A DNA stretch of 64,000 nucleotides from an uncultured Clostridia bacterium. GTDB lineage: Bacteria; Bacillota; Clostridia; UBA1381. The position numbers were made by a program, and so were the translations under genes. Shown piece by piece: positions 10,392-20,012 of this stretch. Each line of letters starts with the position of its first letter. Within the stretch, counting starts at the first letter, position 1. The stretch covers positions 22,131 to 86,130 of the forward strand of contig CALXRY010000176.1 in the NCBI GenBank assembly GCA_944390955.1. Direction: 5' to 3'. Below the pieces are notes generated by a model. That model had not been told where the DNA came from and did no database searches. It saw only the letters and a program-made list of their open reading frames with translations.

Positions 10392-11171
10392 TTAACGACT
10401 ATTCATACAAACCTTATAAAAGCTATTTCTAAAACTTGTAGGCGTAGCGCCGGTGTTATATTTGAAAAACTTAACAAATTCATTTTCACTTTGAAAACCT
10501 GTTTCCCCTGCAATTTGCTTTATTGAATTATTCGTATTTAAGAGCAGCGCTTCAATCAGATTTAACCGATGTCGGATAATTCTGCGCTTTAGATTTTCTC
10601 CGAAATCTTTTTTTACAATCTTTGAAATATAGTCCGGAGAATAAGAGAATTTGTCCGAAATTTGGGAAACTGTCAAAGGTTGTGATGCATTTATCCTTAT
10701 ATACTCGTCTATATCATGAGCAAGTTTACTTTTGGAACTGCTGTCAACGCCTATTTCAAGCAAAAATTCTGCCAAAGCTATTTCTGCCAAGTTCATATTT
10801 GTCAGATAATAATGCATTATTTTGCGAAATGCCTTTTCATTGCCGGAAAGTGAATCCGAAACCTTCGGGATTTGAATGGCTTGAATATCAGAAGTCTTAA
10901 AATGCAGCCAATAGAAAGAGGTATGCTTTTCTGTTATGTCATACCCTCCATGAATCAGATTCGGTTCTAACATCAGCATATCTCCCGGGTGCACAATGTA
11001 CTTTTCGGTTTCTTCAAATATTTTCAAATCACCCGCAATACAATAAATCAATTCATAGGTATCAACAGTTATAACCGGGTGTATCCATTCGGCATATGTT
11101 TCAAACAAGCCCATGCCGCAATGCTCTATTTGTAATGTATTATTTATATTTATCATAACGGATTTTCTCAC
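10392..11171 (-). CDS. AraC family transcriptional regulator (cupin sensor + HTH)
   Basis: 259 aa. The C-terminal part (LTVSQISDKFSYSPDYISKIVKK ... IKQIAGETGFQSENEFVKFFKYNTGATPTSFR) is an AraC-type double HTH. Confidence 0.85.
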   Translation of the reverse strand: MRKSVMININNTLQIEHCGMGLFETYAEWIHPVITVDTYELIYCIAGDLKIFEETEKYIVHPGDMLMLEPNLIHGGYDITEKHTSFYWLHFKTSDIQAIQIPKVSDSLSGNEKAFRKIMHYYLTNMNLAEIALAEFLLEIGVDSSSKSKLAHDIDEYIRINASQPLTVSQISDKFSYSPDYISKIVKKDFGENLKRRIIRHRLNLIEALLLNTNNSIKQIAGETGFQSENEFVKFFKYNTGATPTSFRNSFYKVCMNSR

Positions 11172-11253
11172 TTCATTACAGATTTTTTCATTGAAATTTT
11201 AACAATAGTATACTATAATTTTATTAAAATTTCAATAGTTATGAGGTGATAAA

Positions 11254-13104
11254 ATGAAAAATAACAATTTTATATCATTTGAACAGGTAAACTTAGAGAA
11301 CGGATTTTGGAAAGACAGGTATGAACTTAATAAAAAAGTGTCTGTTGACAATGTCCGCAAACGGTTTGAAAGCAGCGGCCGCTTTGATGCAATGCGCTTT
11401 AATTTCTTAAAAAATGGACGTAAACCGCATGTTTTCTTTGATTCGGATGTTGCAAAATGGATGGAAGCAGTCGCTTACTTAATTACAAAAAATCCCGAAG
11501 AAATGAAAGAAAACGAAAAGCTTTGCGAAGAGCTTATTGATTGTATGGAAAAAGCGCAGCGTGATGACGGATATTTGAATTCGTTCCATCAGCAAATCTC
11601 ACCTGAGGAAATTTTCCAAAACCGCGACCATCACGAACTTTATTGCGCCGGTCATTTAATAGAGGCTGCAATTGCATACTCAAAGGCCACGGGGCGCGAT
11701 AAGTTTCTTCATATTATGGAACGATACTGCGATTGTATATATAGGGTGTTTATATCCGAAAAAACTGCAGCATTTGTCACGCCGGGACATGAGGAAATTG
11801 AACTTGCGCTGATAAAACTTTACAGATATACGAACAACGAAAAATATCTTGAAATGGCAAGATTTTTCCTAATAAACAGAGGAAAAACCGATGAACCGCA
11901 CTTGTTTGAAAACAGCAGATGCGCACAGGACGACGCCGATATTTATAATCTGCACGAAGCAAACGGGCATTGCGTACGCGCACTGTATTTATACAGCGGT
12001 ATTGCTGACCTCGCGCGTGAGACGAATGACGAAGCATTGTTAACAAATTTGAAGGATGTATTTCACGATATTATATACAAAAAAATGTATATAACCGGCG
12101 GAGTCGGTTCCACCCATTGCACAGAGAGCTTTACTGTACCCTATGATTTACCGAATATGAACGCATATTCCGAAAGCTGCTGCGCAATAGCGATGATTAT
12201 GTTTGCCACCCGTATGCGTGAAATTGATGATTCAGCAGAATACGGTCATATAATTGAACGCGTACTGTATAATTCGCTTCTGTCTTCCACTTCAATAGAC
12301 GGAAAATCGTTCTTCTATGTTAACCCCTTGGAGCTGGCGTTAGAAGAGTACGGACGCGAAGTTGCCGTTCCGGAATCCCTAAGGGAGCATTTGCCCATTA
12401 CTCAAAGACTTGAGGTGTTTGATTGCTCCTGCTGTCCGCCAAATATTAACAGATTTTTCGGTAACTTCGGCAATATTATTTGTTTGGAAGAGAAATCGGG
12501 CGTCACAGTTGAACAATACATTAACGCAGAAATCACCGGTCATTTCGGAAAAATTAAAATTAACGGAAATTATTTCTTGGACGGCAAAGTGGAAATTTCT
12601 TCAAATAATTGCACCGCTAAAGTATTAGCTGTCCGTATCCCCGAATGGTGTACAGAATTTAATGCAGAAACTGCCGGAACGTCTGCCGAGTTTGTAAAAA
12701 AGAACGGATATGCGTACTTCACGATTGAAAACGAGTTTTGCATCATGTTGGATTTCCATATCAAACCGCAATTTATTTCTGCCAATCCAAATATACGGGC
12801 TGATGCGGGACGGGTAGCTTTAACCTACGGTCCGATTGTATATTGTTTGGAAGGAGTAGACAACGGAGACAGATTAAATCGTATTGAAGTGGATATTTCA
12901 GACTTAAACGCCGCTAAATTTGAAATGGATTTTCACAGTATGTATTCCATTTCAATGCCCGCATATCGTTTAAAAGATGACGAGCGTTTGTATTGTAATG
13001 CAGAAGAAACGGAGTATGCACCGATTACTGCAAAATTTATTCCATATTATTCTTTTGCCAATCGCGGCAAAAGTGATATGCTCGTTTGGGTGCGAAAACA
13101 TTAA
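11254..13104 (+). CDS. GH127 (DUF1680) beta-L-arabinofuranosidase-like glycoside hydrolase
   Basis: 616 aa. HELYCAGHLIEAAIAY and the C-terminal Cys cluster (FDCSCCPPN) are typical of GH127. Divergent from the AraC gene. Confidence 0.75.
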   Translation: MKNNNFISFEQVNLENGFWKDRYELNKKVSVDNVRKRFESSGRFDAMRFNFLKNGRKPHVFFDSDVAKWMEAVAYLITKNPEEMKENEKLCEELIDCMEKAQRDDGYLNSFHQQISPEEIFQNRDHHELYCAGHLIEAAIAYSKATGRDKFLHIMERYCDCIYRVFISEKTAAFVTPGHEEIELALIKLYRYTNNEKYLEMARFFLINRGKTDEPHLFENSRCAQDDADIYNLHEANGHCVRALYLYSGIADLARETNDEALLTNLKDVFHDIIYKKMYITGGVGSTHCTESFTVPYDLPNMNAYSESCCAIAMIMFATRMREIDDSAEYGHIIERVLYNSLLSSTSIDGKSFFYVNPLELALEEYGREVAVPESLREHLPITQRLEVFDCSCCPPNINRFFGNFGNIICLEEKSGVTVEQYINAEITGHFGKIKINGNYFLDGKVEISSNNCTAKVLAVRIPEWCTEFNAETAGTSAEFVKKNGYAYFTIENEFCIMLDFHIKPQFISANPNIRADAGRVALTYGPIVYCLEGVDNGDRLNRIEVDISDLNAAKFEMDFHSMYSISMPAYRLKDDERLYCNAEETEYAPITAKFIPYYSFANRGKSDMLVWVRKH

Positions 13105-13172
13105 GTGCAAATGCAGTTGCAAAATTTTTGTTAACAAGCGCAAGAGGTCTAAATTCCCCCAAGAGAGTATGG

Positions 13173-13218
13173 AATTTTTAGCCTATTTGAAAAATTGCTG
13201 TAAAATAGGCTAAAAATT
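13173..13218. repeat. Perfect 16-bp inverted repeat with a 14-nt loop
   Basis: AATTTTTAGCCTATTT (13173-13188) and AAATAGGCTAAAAATT (13203-13218). No U-run follows on either strand. Confidence 0.9.
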
Positions 13219-13237
13219 ATAGCAGAAAACACGAAAG

Positions 13238-13266
13238 CCGCAGTATTACTGCGGTTTTGTGGTTTT
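13238..13266 (+). terminator. Rho-independent terminator of the GH127 gene
   Basis: CCGCAGT-ATT-ACTGCGG followed by TTTTGTGGTTTT. Confidence 0.65.
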
Positions 13267-13473
13267 CATTGTATCAAAATTAATCTTAATTTTACCATAG
13301 AAGCTTAATTTACAGAAAAAATTTCGCACGCCCATAAAGATAATTAGTACAGAAATCTCAACATCTCTAATCTATTCATCCCACTTCACACTAAAAAACC
13401 CATTAGGACTGCTTCATTAATGACACCAGCTCATTCATCGTATTATTTTAATATGAAATTCTTATTATAAATC

Positions 13474-14544
13474 TTAATCCGACCACCTTACCGCATTTTC
13501 TATCCTTTCCTTAAGCTCACTGTATTGACGCTCCGACAGATACTGCTTTACCTCGCTCAGTTCTATCTTTTTAAGCTTTTCAGCTATATCATTATGCTCC
13601 GCTATAAATCTCTCACACAGCTCATCAAGCGGCAGTGACGCCGAATTTCCCATATTTGTACGCGACAGTCCCAAAAATCCCTCCTGAAACGCTACATTAT
13701 GGTCGTAGCACGGTGATACACACTTAAACTCAAACGTTCTGCTGTCATACAGCAAGCCATAATTATCGTCATGAAGATCGGGATTTCCAATGATATAATT
13801 AAATATATACATCCTCTGCAGCTGCCTTACTATTTCCCGGTACTTTTCATCTCTTATAAGAATATTATAAATTTCATCATCCGTATCGAAATATACCTTA
13901 AGCTCGCTTGCATGAACAAGCGACGTATCATTATCAGTAAATATCTTTATCTTGACATACTCTCCCTCAAGCTCACATTCCGCGACATTTATCCCAAGCT
14001 GCTTCCCTATCAGATACGCAGGATATTCCAAGATCGCATCCTTTTTAAGCTTGTATATATAGCCGCCGAAAACAGCTTTCGGAAAATATCCCTTTGTTGT
14101 GAACAGAGATGTAAAACCTTTCAGCAGCTCCTCGCTGTTTGTTATCTTACCTGTCAATGCCACATTATTAAGTGCGATATTATCGTCGCGCAGACGCTTT
14201 AATTCACTCCAGCCGGCAACAGAATCTCTTGTCCTTATCCAAAAATTATCTGTAAACGATATCCCTGAGCTGTCCTTTATTATCTTGTCTCTGTCCCTGC
14301 CGACCTTTCTGGCGATATACACCATATTCATATAGGTACGGCTTAAATTATCTACCCTGTTTGACAGCCATTCAAATACCGTAACGGCGGAGATTTTTTT
14401 TCTTAATCCGAAAGGAAGTCTCTCTTTATCATATACTTTTACCTCATCTGTCTCTCGATCAAACTCCAAAACAGGCTTATCCTCATACATTATCGTATAC
14501 CTTTTCACTCTGCCTGCCGAGGCTTTTGACGGTATTTTATCCAC
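13474..14544 (-). CDS. HipA-like Ser/Thr kinase-domain protein (solitary)
   Basis: 356 aa with a GTG start after GGAAGGAGGG. SLFTTKGYFPKAVF resembles the HipA P-loop-like motif. GNPDLHDDNYGLLYD resembles the HipA catalytic D-x-H-x-x-N loop. No HipB-like HTH gene lies next to it. Confidence 0.4.
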   Translation of the reverse strand: MDKIPSKASAGRVKRYTIMYEDKPVLEFDRETDEVKVYDKERLPFGLRKKISAVTVFEWLSNRVDNLSRTYMNMVYIARKVGRDRDKIIKDSSGISFTDNFWIRTRDSVAGWSELKRLRDDNIALNNVALTGKITNSEELLKGFTSLFTTKGYFPKAVFGGYIYKLKKDAILEYPAYLIGKQLGINVAECELEGEYVKIKIFTDNDTSLVHASELKVYFDTDDEIYNILIRDEKYREIVRQLQRMYIFNYIIGNPDLHDDNYGLLYDSRTFEFKCVSPCYDHNVAFQEGFLGLSRTNMGNSASLPLDELCERFIAEHNDIAEKLKKIELSEVKQYLSERQYSELKERIENAVRWSD

Positions 14545-14577
14545 GCTTCTTCCCTCCTTCCGGATAATCTTAAGTCA

Positions 14578-14606
14578 ATTATAATATTTTTTCTGACGCT
14601 TGTCAA
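14578..14606 (-). promoter_or_regulatory. Consensus sigma-A type promoter for the HipA-like gene
   Basis: On the minus strand: TTGACA, a 17-nt spacer, then TATAAT. Confidence 0.65.
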
Positions 14607-14618
14607 CGTCTTATACAC

Positions 14619-15809
14619 TCACAGCCCCATCTTATCGAGAGCCTCAAGCAGCTTTTTCTGCTCTATATCCTGTATCCCCGACAAAACATGACTGTATGTG
14701 TTATAAAACATATTCCAATCGGAATGTCCGAGCAGCTTCTGCATAACTCTCGGCAGAACCCCTGCTTCAAGTCCTCGTGTCGCAAAGGTGTGCCTCATTC
14801 CGTGCATGGTGATAAACGGCAAATTATTCTCACTGCATATCCGCTTAAGCTCCTTATCAACCGAAGTTCTTGAATGATATTCTCTGCCGCTGTTTGTTTT
14901 GAATACGAACCCGCTTACTTCTCCGAACAGATCTGTATGCAGCTGCTTATGCTTCATAAGCGCAGCCTTCAACGAAGCTGTTATCGGTATATCTCTTATG
15001 CTCGACAAGGTTTTAGGTGTTGTTAATATCACCTCCTGCGGTCTTTTATAATCATGTACTATTACCAGATTATGATTTACATGAATGATACCGGAATCAA
15101 AATCTATGTCCTCCCATTGAAGTCCGAGTATTTCTCCTATCCTCATTCCGGTGTTCAGCGCCATTACAAAAAACACCTCATGATACGTCCCCTTGACCGC
15201 CTCAAGAAAACGTTTTTGTTCCTCCTCTGTAAATGCCTTTATCTTATTTTCTCTATTGCCGCAGCTGCGCGGGACCTTTATTCCCAAGGCAGGATTTGTT
15301 TTTATTATTCCATTTACAAAAGCCTCCTCAAACGACGATTTCAGTATCAGAGCAACTCCTCTTACTGTTCTTACAGACAGTCCATTTTCTATCATCCTGT
15401 TGCACAGCTCCTGCAATATAAGAGGCTTTACATCACACAGAAGCAGCTCTCCTATATCGGAAATAATATGCTTGCTCATAAGATTATGATAAAAGGAATA
15501 TGTACTGCTTTTAACCGTGTTCTTTTTATAGGATTCAAGCCATTTTATGAGCCAATCCTTTACCGTATACTTATCTTTAAGGGTGATATTGTCCGTAGCA
15601 ACTTCGGCCGCATTTATCTTTTCATCGAATCTCTTTTTGAGCTCTGTCAGCGTCTCATTTTTCCGTTGTATCACTTCTATGATATTTGGTTTACCGTTAG
15701 CCTTATAGCCTACCATTTTTTTGAACGCTATGCGTCCGTCAGGCATTACCTTCCTGCTTCCTTCTCCGTTTATATTCCTGTAACCTTTTTTATTGGACAT
15801 GAATTTCAC
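14619..15809 (-). CDS. Site-specific tyrosine recombinase (phage/ICE integrase family)
   Basis: 396 aa. MRIGEILGLQWEDID, HGMRHTFATRGLEAG and LLGHSD...YSH match the R..H-x-x-R..Y catalytic pattern. N-terminal SAM-like domain present. Confidence 0.9.
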   Translation of the reverse strand: MKFMSNKKGYRNINGEGSRKVMPDGRIAFKKMVGYKANGKPNIIEVIQRKNETLTELKKRFDEKINAAEVATDNITLKDKYTVKDWLIKWLESYKKNTVKSSTYSFYHNLMSKHIISDIGELLLCDVKPLILQELCNRMIENGLSVRTVRGVALILKSSFEEAFVNGIIKTNPALGIKVPRSCGNRENKIKAFTEEEQKRFLEAVKGTYHEVFFVMALNTGMRIGEILGLQWEDIDFDSGIIHVNHNLVIVHDYKRPQEVILTTPKTLSSIRDIPITASLKAALMKHKQLHTDLFGEVSGFVFKTNSGREYHSRTSVDKELKRICSENNLPFITMHGMRHTFATRGLEAGVLPRVMQKLLGHSDWNMFYNTYSHVLSGIQDIEQKKLLEALDKMGL

Positions 15810-15853
15810 CTCTTCCTATAAAACTATGGGACGGAAATATCCGCCCCATAATA

Positions 15854-16045
15854 TTATGCTCCTTGTCCATAGTTATCAATGTAACTGATCAGATCCTCTT
15901 TTTTGATCCTTATGGACTTACGTACCTTTATAGCTTTGAGCTCCTTTTCCCTTACTATGCGGTACAGCGTTGTTTTAGATACCTTTAATATCTGGCACGC
16001 TTCTTTTACAGTTAAAATTTCCGGCATATTACATCTTCCTTTCAT
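15854..16045 (-). CDS. Excisionase / AlpA-like HTH DNA-binding protein
   Basis: LTVKEACQILKVSKTTLYRIVREKELKAIKV is an HTH_17-type motif. The ATG at 16045 overlaps the upstream TGA (ATGA). An alternative ATG at 16027 follows AAGGAAG. Confidence 0.75.
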   Translation of the reverse strand: MKGRCNMPEILTVKEACQILKVSKTTLYRIVREKELKAIKVRKSIRIKKEDLISYIDNYGQGA

Positions 16046-17745
16046 ATAAATAACTTGTCTATCTTATAATCATCACTGTAAACCTCTATCTTAAGCCTGT
16101 CAATACGGATAGCCATATAACATTTACCTTCATATTTAACAACATTGCTATCCTTATTGCGGTATAACAAATTCTTTTTGGCAAAGTAATTTGCGTAGAA
16201 TTTTACAGTGTTTTTCTGATCGTATTGATAATTCAATACATCAGTAAGATATTCGGAACGAATATAAATACATTTGATATTCTTTACCGTATGTACAAAA
16301 CACTGCTTGTCACTGCTAATATTATCATCAAATTTGATAATATTGTTCTCTATACAGTCAACAAATGCCTTTGCATAGCTGATGTTGTTTAAGGCTTCCT
16401 CCTTTTCAAGCCTCTCCATTACCATCTGCTGCCTCTCCTTGCATTCACAAAGACACTTCGCAAAGCTCTTCATTAATTCACAGCATTCTTCATTTGACAC
16501 GGCTTTTATTTCAATGCCATATTCCAAAACTTTATTAAATACCACTTGGAATATAAACTCGGCAATATTCAGCCTTCTGTACCGGCCTTTGTTATTTACT
16601 ATTTTTTTCATGAATATTTGCCGCTCCTCATTTATGCTCTGCGTTACCTCATCAAAGTTACTGTATATCCACGAGATAAAATCTCGCATAAATGTAGGAA
16701 TATCAAGAGGTCTGTCCTGGCATTCCTTAAGCCGTTTTTCATTTAAAGACTTATTGAAATGGATCATCCACACACGTCCGAGATCGCTTAAATTATTTAT
16801 ACAGTACTCGCCTGTAATCGCCGGCTGTGCGTTGACTTTCCTTCCGCCCTTTACTGTGAATCTTGGGGAGTTATCCGCTATTTCACGGATAACTCCCTGC
16901 ACATGAAAATCTATTCCATTTGAATCCTTGGAATTCTTGAACAGATCATCATAATTCACACAAGTATCACGGTACTCTTCTATCATTGTTTCTGCATAAG
17001 GCAGTGAAGAGTCTACTCTGATAGTATTAAACCTCATGGTATTGAGCCTGTTGTATATACTGTTTGAAAAAGTTAGTCCTGTTGTTTTCTTAGTCTGTGT
17101 TTCTCCTGTAAGAAACAGAGAAAAATTAGGAGCAGCACCGCTGTATTTCAGCACAGTGCGCATACAGCCTATTATGCTGTACACCATCATTATATCTGTT
17201 TTTCCAGGCTCAACATTATAGAACCTCATCATTCCGTGATAAGCCTCCTGAGGAGTAAGGGTCTCATCTACCTGAAGCTTAAACTTCCGCTTAAGCTTTT
17301 CATCTATGAGTATATTATCATTGCATGGCGGCAAGATATGATCTCCCATGCAATAATAATGTTTGCCGTTGATAATATTATCGCCAAGCTTATCGACAAG
17401 ATAAATATCGCTGTCTTCAAGCACCGAAGCTTGCTGCTGAAATAAATAATAGAGATATTTTAATGATCGTCTCTCTGTCGATACGACAAGATGTCTGTCA
17501 AGTTTAAAAAAATCTATCTTTTTAAACTCATCAAACGAGCAGTATCCTGTATGGATATTGCACACATCATCATCAATATCAACAAATATTTCTACCTTGT
17601 ATTTACAGCCCGAATCGGTATTTATCACCTCCTTTAACTCAAAGAAAAAATTAGAAATATACGTATTTTTTCCTTTATTATCTCTTCTATACAGCTTAGA
17701 ACCTATCGTAAAATAACCCGAGCTGTAACCATTAGTCTCAGACAT
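16042..17745 (-). CDS. Hypothetical protein, possible DUF927/SF3-like replication ATPase
   Basis: Track ORF 16042..17763. Start trimmed to ATG 17745 (MSETNGY) behind GAGGAG. Degenerate Walker A LTGETQTKKTT, a possible Walker B VNYDDL, then GGRK...ITGE. I could identify no other motif. Confidence 0.3.
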   Translation of the reverse strand: MSETNGYSSGYFTIGSKLYRRDNKGKNTYISNFFFELKEVINTDSGCKYKVEIFVDIDDDVCNIHTGYCSFDEFKKIDFFKLDRHLVVSTERRSLKYLYYLFQQQASVLEDSDIYLVDKLGDNIINGKHYYCMGDHILPPCNDNILIDEKLKRKFKLQVDETLTPQEAYHGMMRFYNVEPGKTDIMMVYSIIGCMRTVLKYSGAAPNFSLFLTGETQTKKTTGLTFSNSIYNRLNTMRFNTIRVDSSLPYAETMIEEYRDTCVNYDDLFKNSKDSNGIDFHVQGVIREIADNSPRFTVKGGRKVNAQPAITGEYCINNLSDLGRVWMIHFNKSLNEKRLKECQDRPLDIPTFMRDFISWIYSNFDEVTQSINEERQIFMKKIVNNKGRYRRLNIAEFIFQVVFNKVLEYGIEIKAVSNEECCELMKSFAKCLCECKERQQMVMERLEKEEALNNISYAKAFVDCIENNIIKFDDNISSDKQCFVHTVKNIKCIYIRSEYLTDVLNYQYDQKNTVKFYANYFAKKNLLYRNKDSNVVKYEGKCYMAIRIDRLKIEVYSDDYKIDKLFI

Positions 17746-18136
17746 CTTTATACTCCTCATCACTCATGCGTATAAAGTTTTCATTCTCAAGCTGTTTTTT
17801 TCCTCCAAGCATAGCTGAAAAAAGTTGTGTAAACACTTCATTCTTTGCCTCAATGGCCAAAACCCTCTTTTCCAGCTCTTCGTTTTTACGTCTTAAAGCC
17901 TCTTTCTCCGCAGCTCTCTTTTTAGCTTGCTTTTTCTTCTTTTTCTTATTTTTCTTTGATGAATAATCATCATCATAAAAATAATCGTACGGTTCATACT
18001 CCTCCAGACAATCAAGGCAGTTTACGCTGATACTGTAAGGATCCTTTTCCATCTGTTCCTTCACCTTGTCCTTCGACTTATCCGGTGATATTTCTTCCGA
18101 CTCATTAGTCTTATAAATAACATCCATAAAAGACAT
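17738..18136 (-). CDS. Hypothetical acidic / Lys-rich coiled-coil protein
   Basis: 132 aa with a KKNKKKKKKQAKKRAAEKEALRRKNEELEKR segment. Its stop overlaps the start of the next gene (ATGTCTGA). Confidence 0.45.
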   Translation of the reverse strand: MSFMDVIYKTNESEEISPDKSKDKVKEQMEKDPYSISVNCLDCLEEYEPYDYFYDDDYSSKKNKKKKKKQAKKRAAEKEALRRKNEELEKRVLAIEAKNEVFTQLFSAMLGGKKQLENENFIRMSDEEYKDV

Positions 18137-18411
18137 TTTTATTTTCCTCCTTTACGGAAGATGCTGTGCACCGGCATCTCCCGATTTATTATTTTTTCGG
18201 TTCGAACCGCTCATACAGTATCACAAATCTGAAATTTTGTCATATAAAAATTACGAGAACCTAAACCCGATATTAGCTCAAAGATTTCGTAGCTTTTACG
18301 AATAAAATGACCAAAAAGCAAGGTTTTAAGCCATTTTTTATTGGAGTATTTTGTGACATATATCATCTCGGATTATGGTTTAAAGATTCCTGATCTATAT
18401 CAACGCATGAC

Positions 18412-18455
18412 CATACAAAAATAAAAAGACCATACCGATACTACCGGTATAGTCT
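18412..18455 (-). terminator. Rho-independent terminator of the 497-aa gene
   Basis: Hairpin AGACCATACCG / CGGTATAGTCT (one mismatch), followed on the minus strand by CTTTTTATTTTTG. Confidence 0.6.
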
Positions 18456-18486
18456 AATATATTTATATTGATTAAAATACTTTATA

Positions 18487-19980
18487 TTATTTATTTTTTA
18501 TCTTTTTGGAAAATTTCTTATATTTGTATTTTGATATTAATTTCAACATATCTTCAAATTCAAATTTATAATATTTTTTATATATTATTTCATTTTTCTT
18601 ATTGTATTCTTCTTCATAAGGATATACATATATTGATTTAAAATACTTTTCAATCTCATATTTATATATTCCATACGCATCGTAGGTTCCAATTTCTTCA
18701 TCTTCTTCTGAATAATCATCTAAATCTTCATCCATATGTTTGAAATATGTATCCATCCGTGTTTGTACACCAATGTCTATATATTTATGTAATCTAAGGT
18801 TAAATAAAATTTTTCTATATAATTCTATTATTTTTTCAGTACTTACTTTATTGATATTCTTTACATTGTAATCATAGTCTTTGAAAAATTTATTATAACT
18901 ATCCAGCAATTCTTCCTTTTGTTTACATTCACGTCTTATCTGTCGAATTGCTTCTTCCTTTTCCGTATTTGTTTTTTTATCATATACAGTGTTCAATACC
19001 TTACTTAAAACGTTTCTTATTGTATAGGATATTCCATTAAACAAAAATTCACAGCATCGTTTTTTATTTTTACGATTATGGAAATTTTTATACTTATCTG
19101 TAATAAGCCCCATACATGTACTATATCCGAAATAAGTAAACGGCTGTACATATAACATCATTTCCCCCAAATCTTCATCTTTATAAAACTTATTGTATAG
19201 ATCCATAAGAGTCCTGAATTTAAACATTCTTTCCGCAAGCTGGTACTGAAAAAGATTGTTATTCCCCTTCTGTATTGTAATATACAATTCTGATATCGAT
19301 GGCAGCCATCTTTCATCTATATCCCAAATATTATATTTTCTTATTTCCTGCTTTTTTCTTCCCTCATTTGCTCTTCCCTCATGAATAAATTTAAATATAT
19401 CTATATAATTTTTATCTAAATAGATTCTTGTTTTATCCTTCTTGTTTCTGTTGCATTCATCATTGTAATTAAGGACAACACAATATGTATAATAAATTTC
19501 ACATGTTTTTTGTATTCTATACTTATTATTAGTCCTATAGTTTATAGTATATATCTGAAAATCATATATATTTTCTGTCTTATATGCAAAATCATTTAAG
19601 CGGTAACCCTGTGATTTTACGTAATCCTTTAAAGCTATGATTCCTATATCCTTATTATCTTCCTCCGCATCGCATTCTTTGTTTTCTTTTATTGCTTTTG
19701 CATCTCTGCCTACATTATATCTTATATCAAGAAAACAAATATTCTCATATATATGATACCATGCATCCAAGAATATCTTGTCTGCAATCGTATCCTCTCC
19801 AACACCTAAAGTATCTAAAACTTTTGACATGATTTTCTTGTTTTCCGAAAGATATTTCTTGACTGTTTTTCTTGTGTAAGTATACACATCATCAAGCTTC
19901 TCCTTATCATCTCTCTTATACTTTCTCAAGAAACCATATATATCTTTTATATCCTTATCAATACTTCCCGATCTTCCCAT
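18487..19980 (-). CDS. Hypothetical Lys/Tyr/Asn-rich protein (orphan cargo)
   Basis: 497-aa uninterrupted ORF. GGAGG-type RBS (GAAGGGGAGG). Own terminator and own upstream palindromes. I recognised no known domain. Confidence 0.55.
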   Translation of the reverse strand: MGRSGSIDKDIKDIYGFLRKYKRDDKEKLDDVYTYTRKTVKKYLSENKKIMSKVLDTLGVGEDTIADKIFLDAWYHIYENICFLDIRYNVGRDAKAIKENKECDAEEDNKDIGIIALKDYVKSQGYRLNDFAYKTENIYDFQIYTINYRTNNKYRIQKTCEIYYTYCVVLNYNDECNRNKKDKTRIYLDKNYIDIFKFIHEGRANEGRKKQEIRKYNIWDIDERWLPSISELYITIQKGNNNLFQYQLAERMFKFRTLMDLYNKFYKDEDLGEMMLYVQPFTYFGYSTCMGLITDKYKNFHNRKNKKRCCEFLFNGISYTIRNVLSKVLNTVYDKKTNTEKEEAIRQIRRECKQKEELLDSYNKFFKDYDYNVKNINKVSTEKIIELYRKILFNLRLHKYIDIGVQTRMDTYFKHMDEDLDDYSEEDEEIGTYDAYGIYKYEIEKYFKSIYVYPYEEEYNKKNEIIYKKYYKFEFEDMLKLISKYKYKKFSKKIKNK

Positions 19981-20012
19981 GACTAAAATCCTCCCCTTCG
20001 TTATTTTCCCTT

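Noticed and set aside
13267-13473. A copy of the tRNA-Lys 3' end, or any 10+ nt direct repeat shared with 19981-20329, as attL/attR
   Set aside because: I could not find one by eye. The island borders therefore remain approximate, and this needs a computational repeat search.
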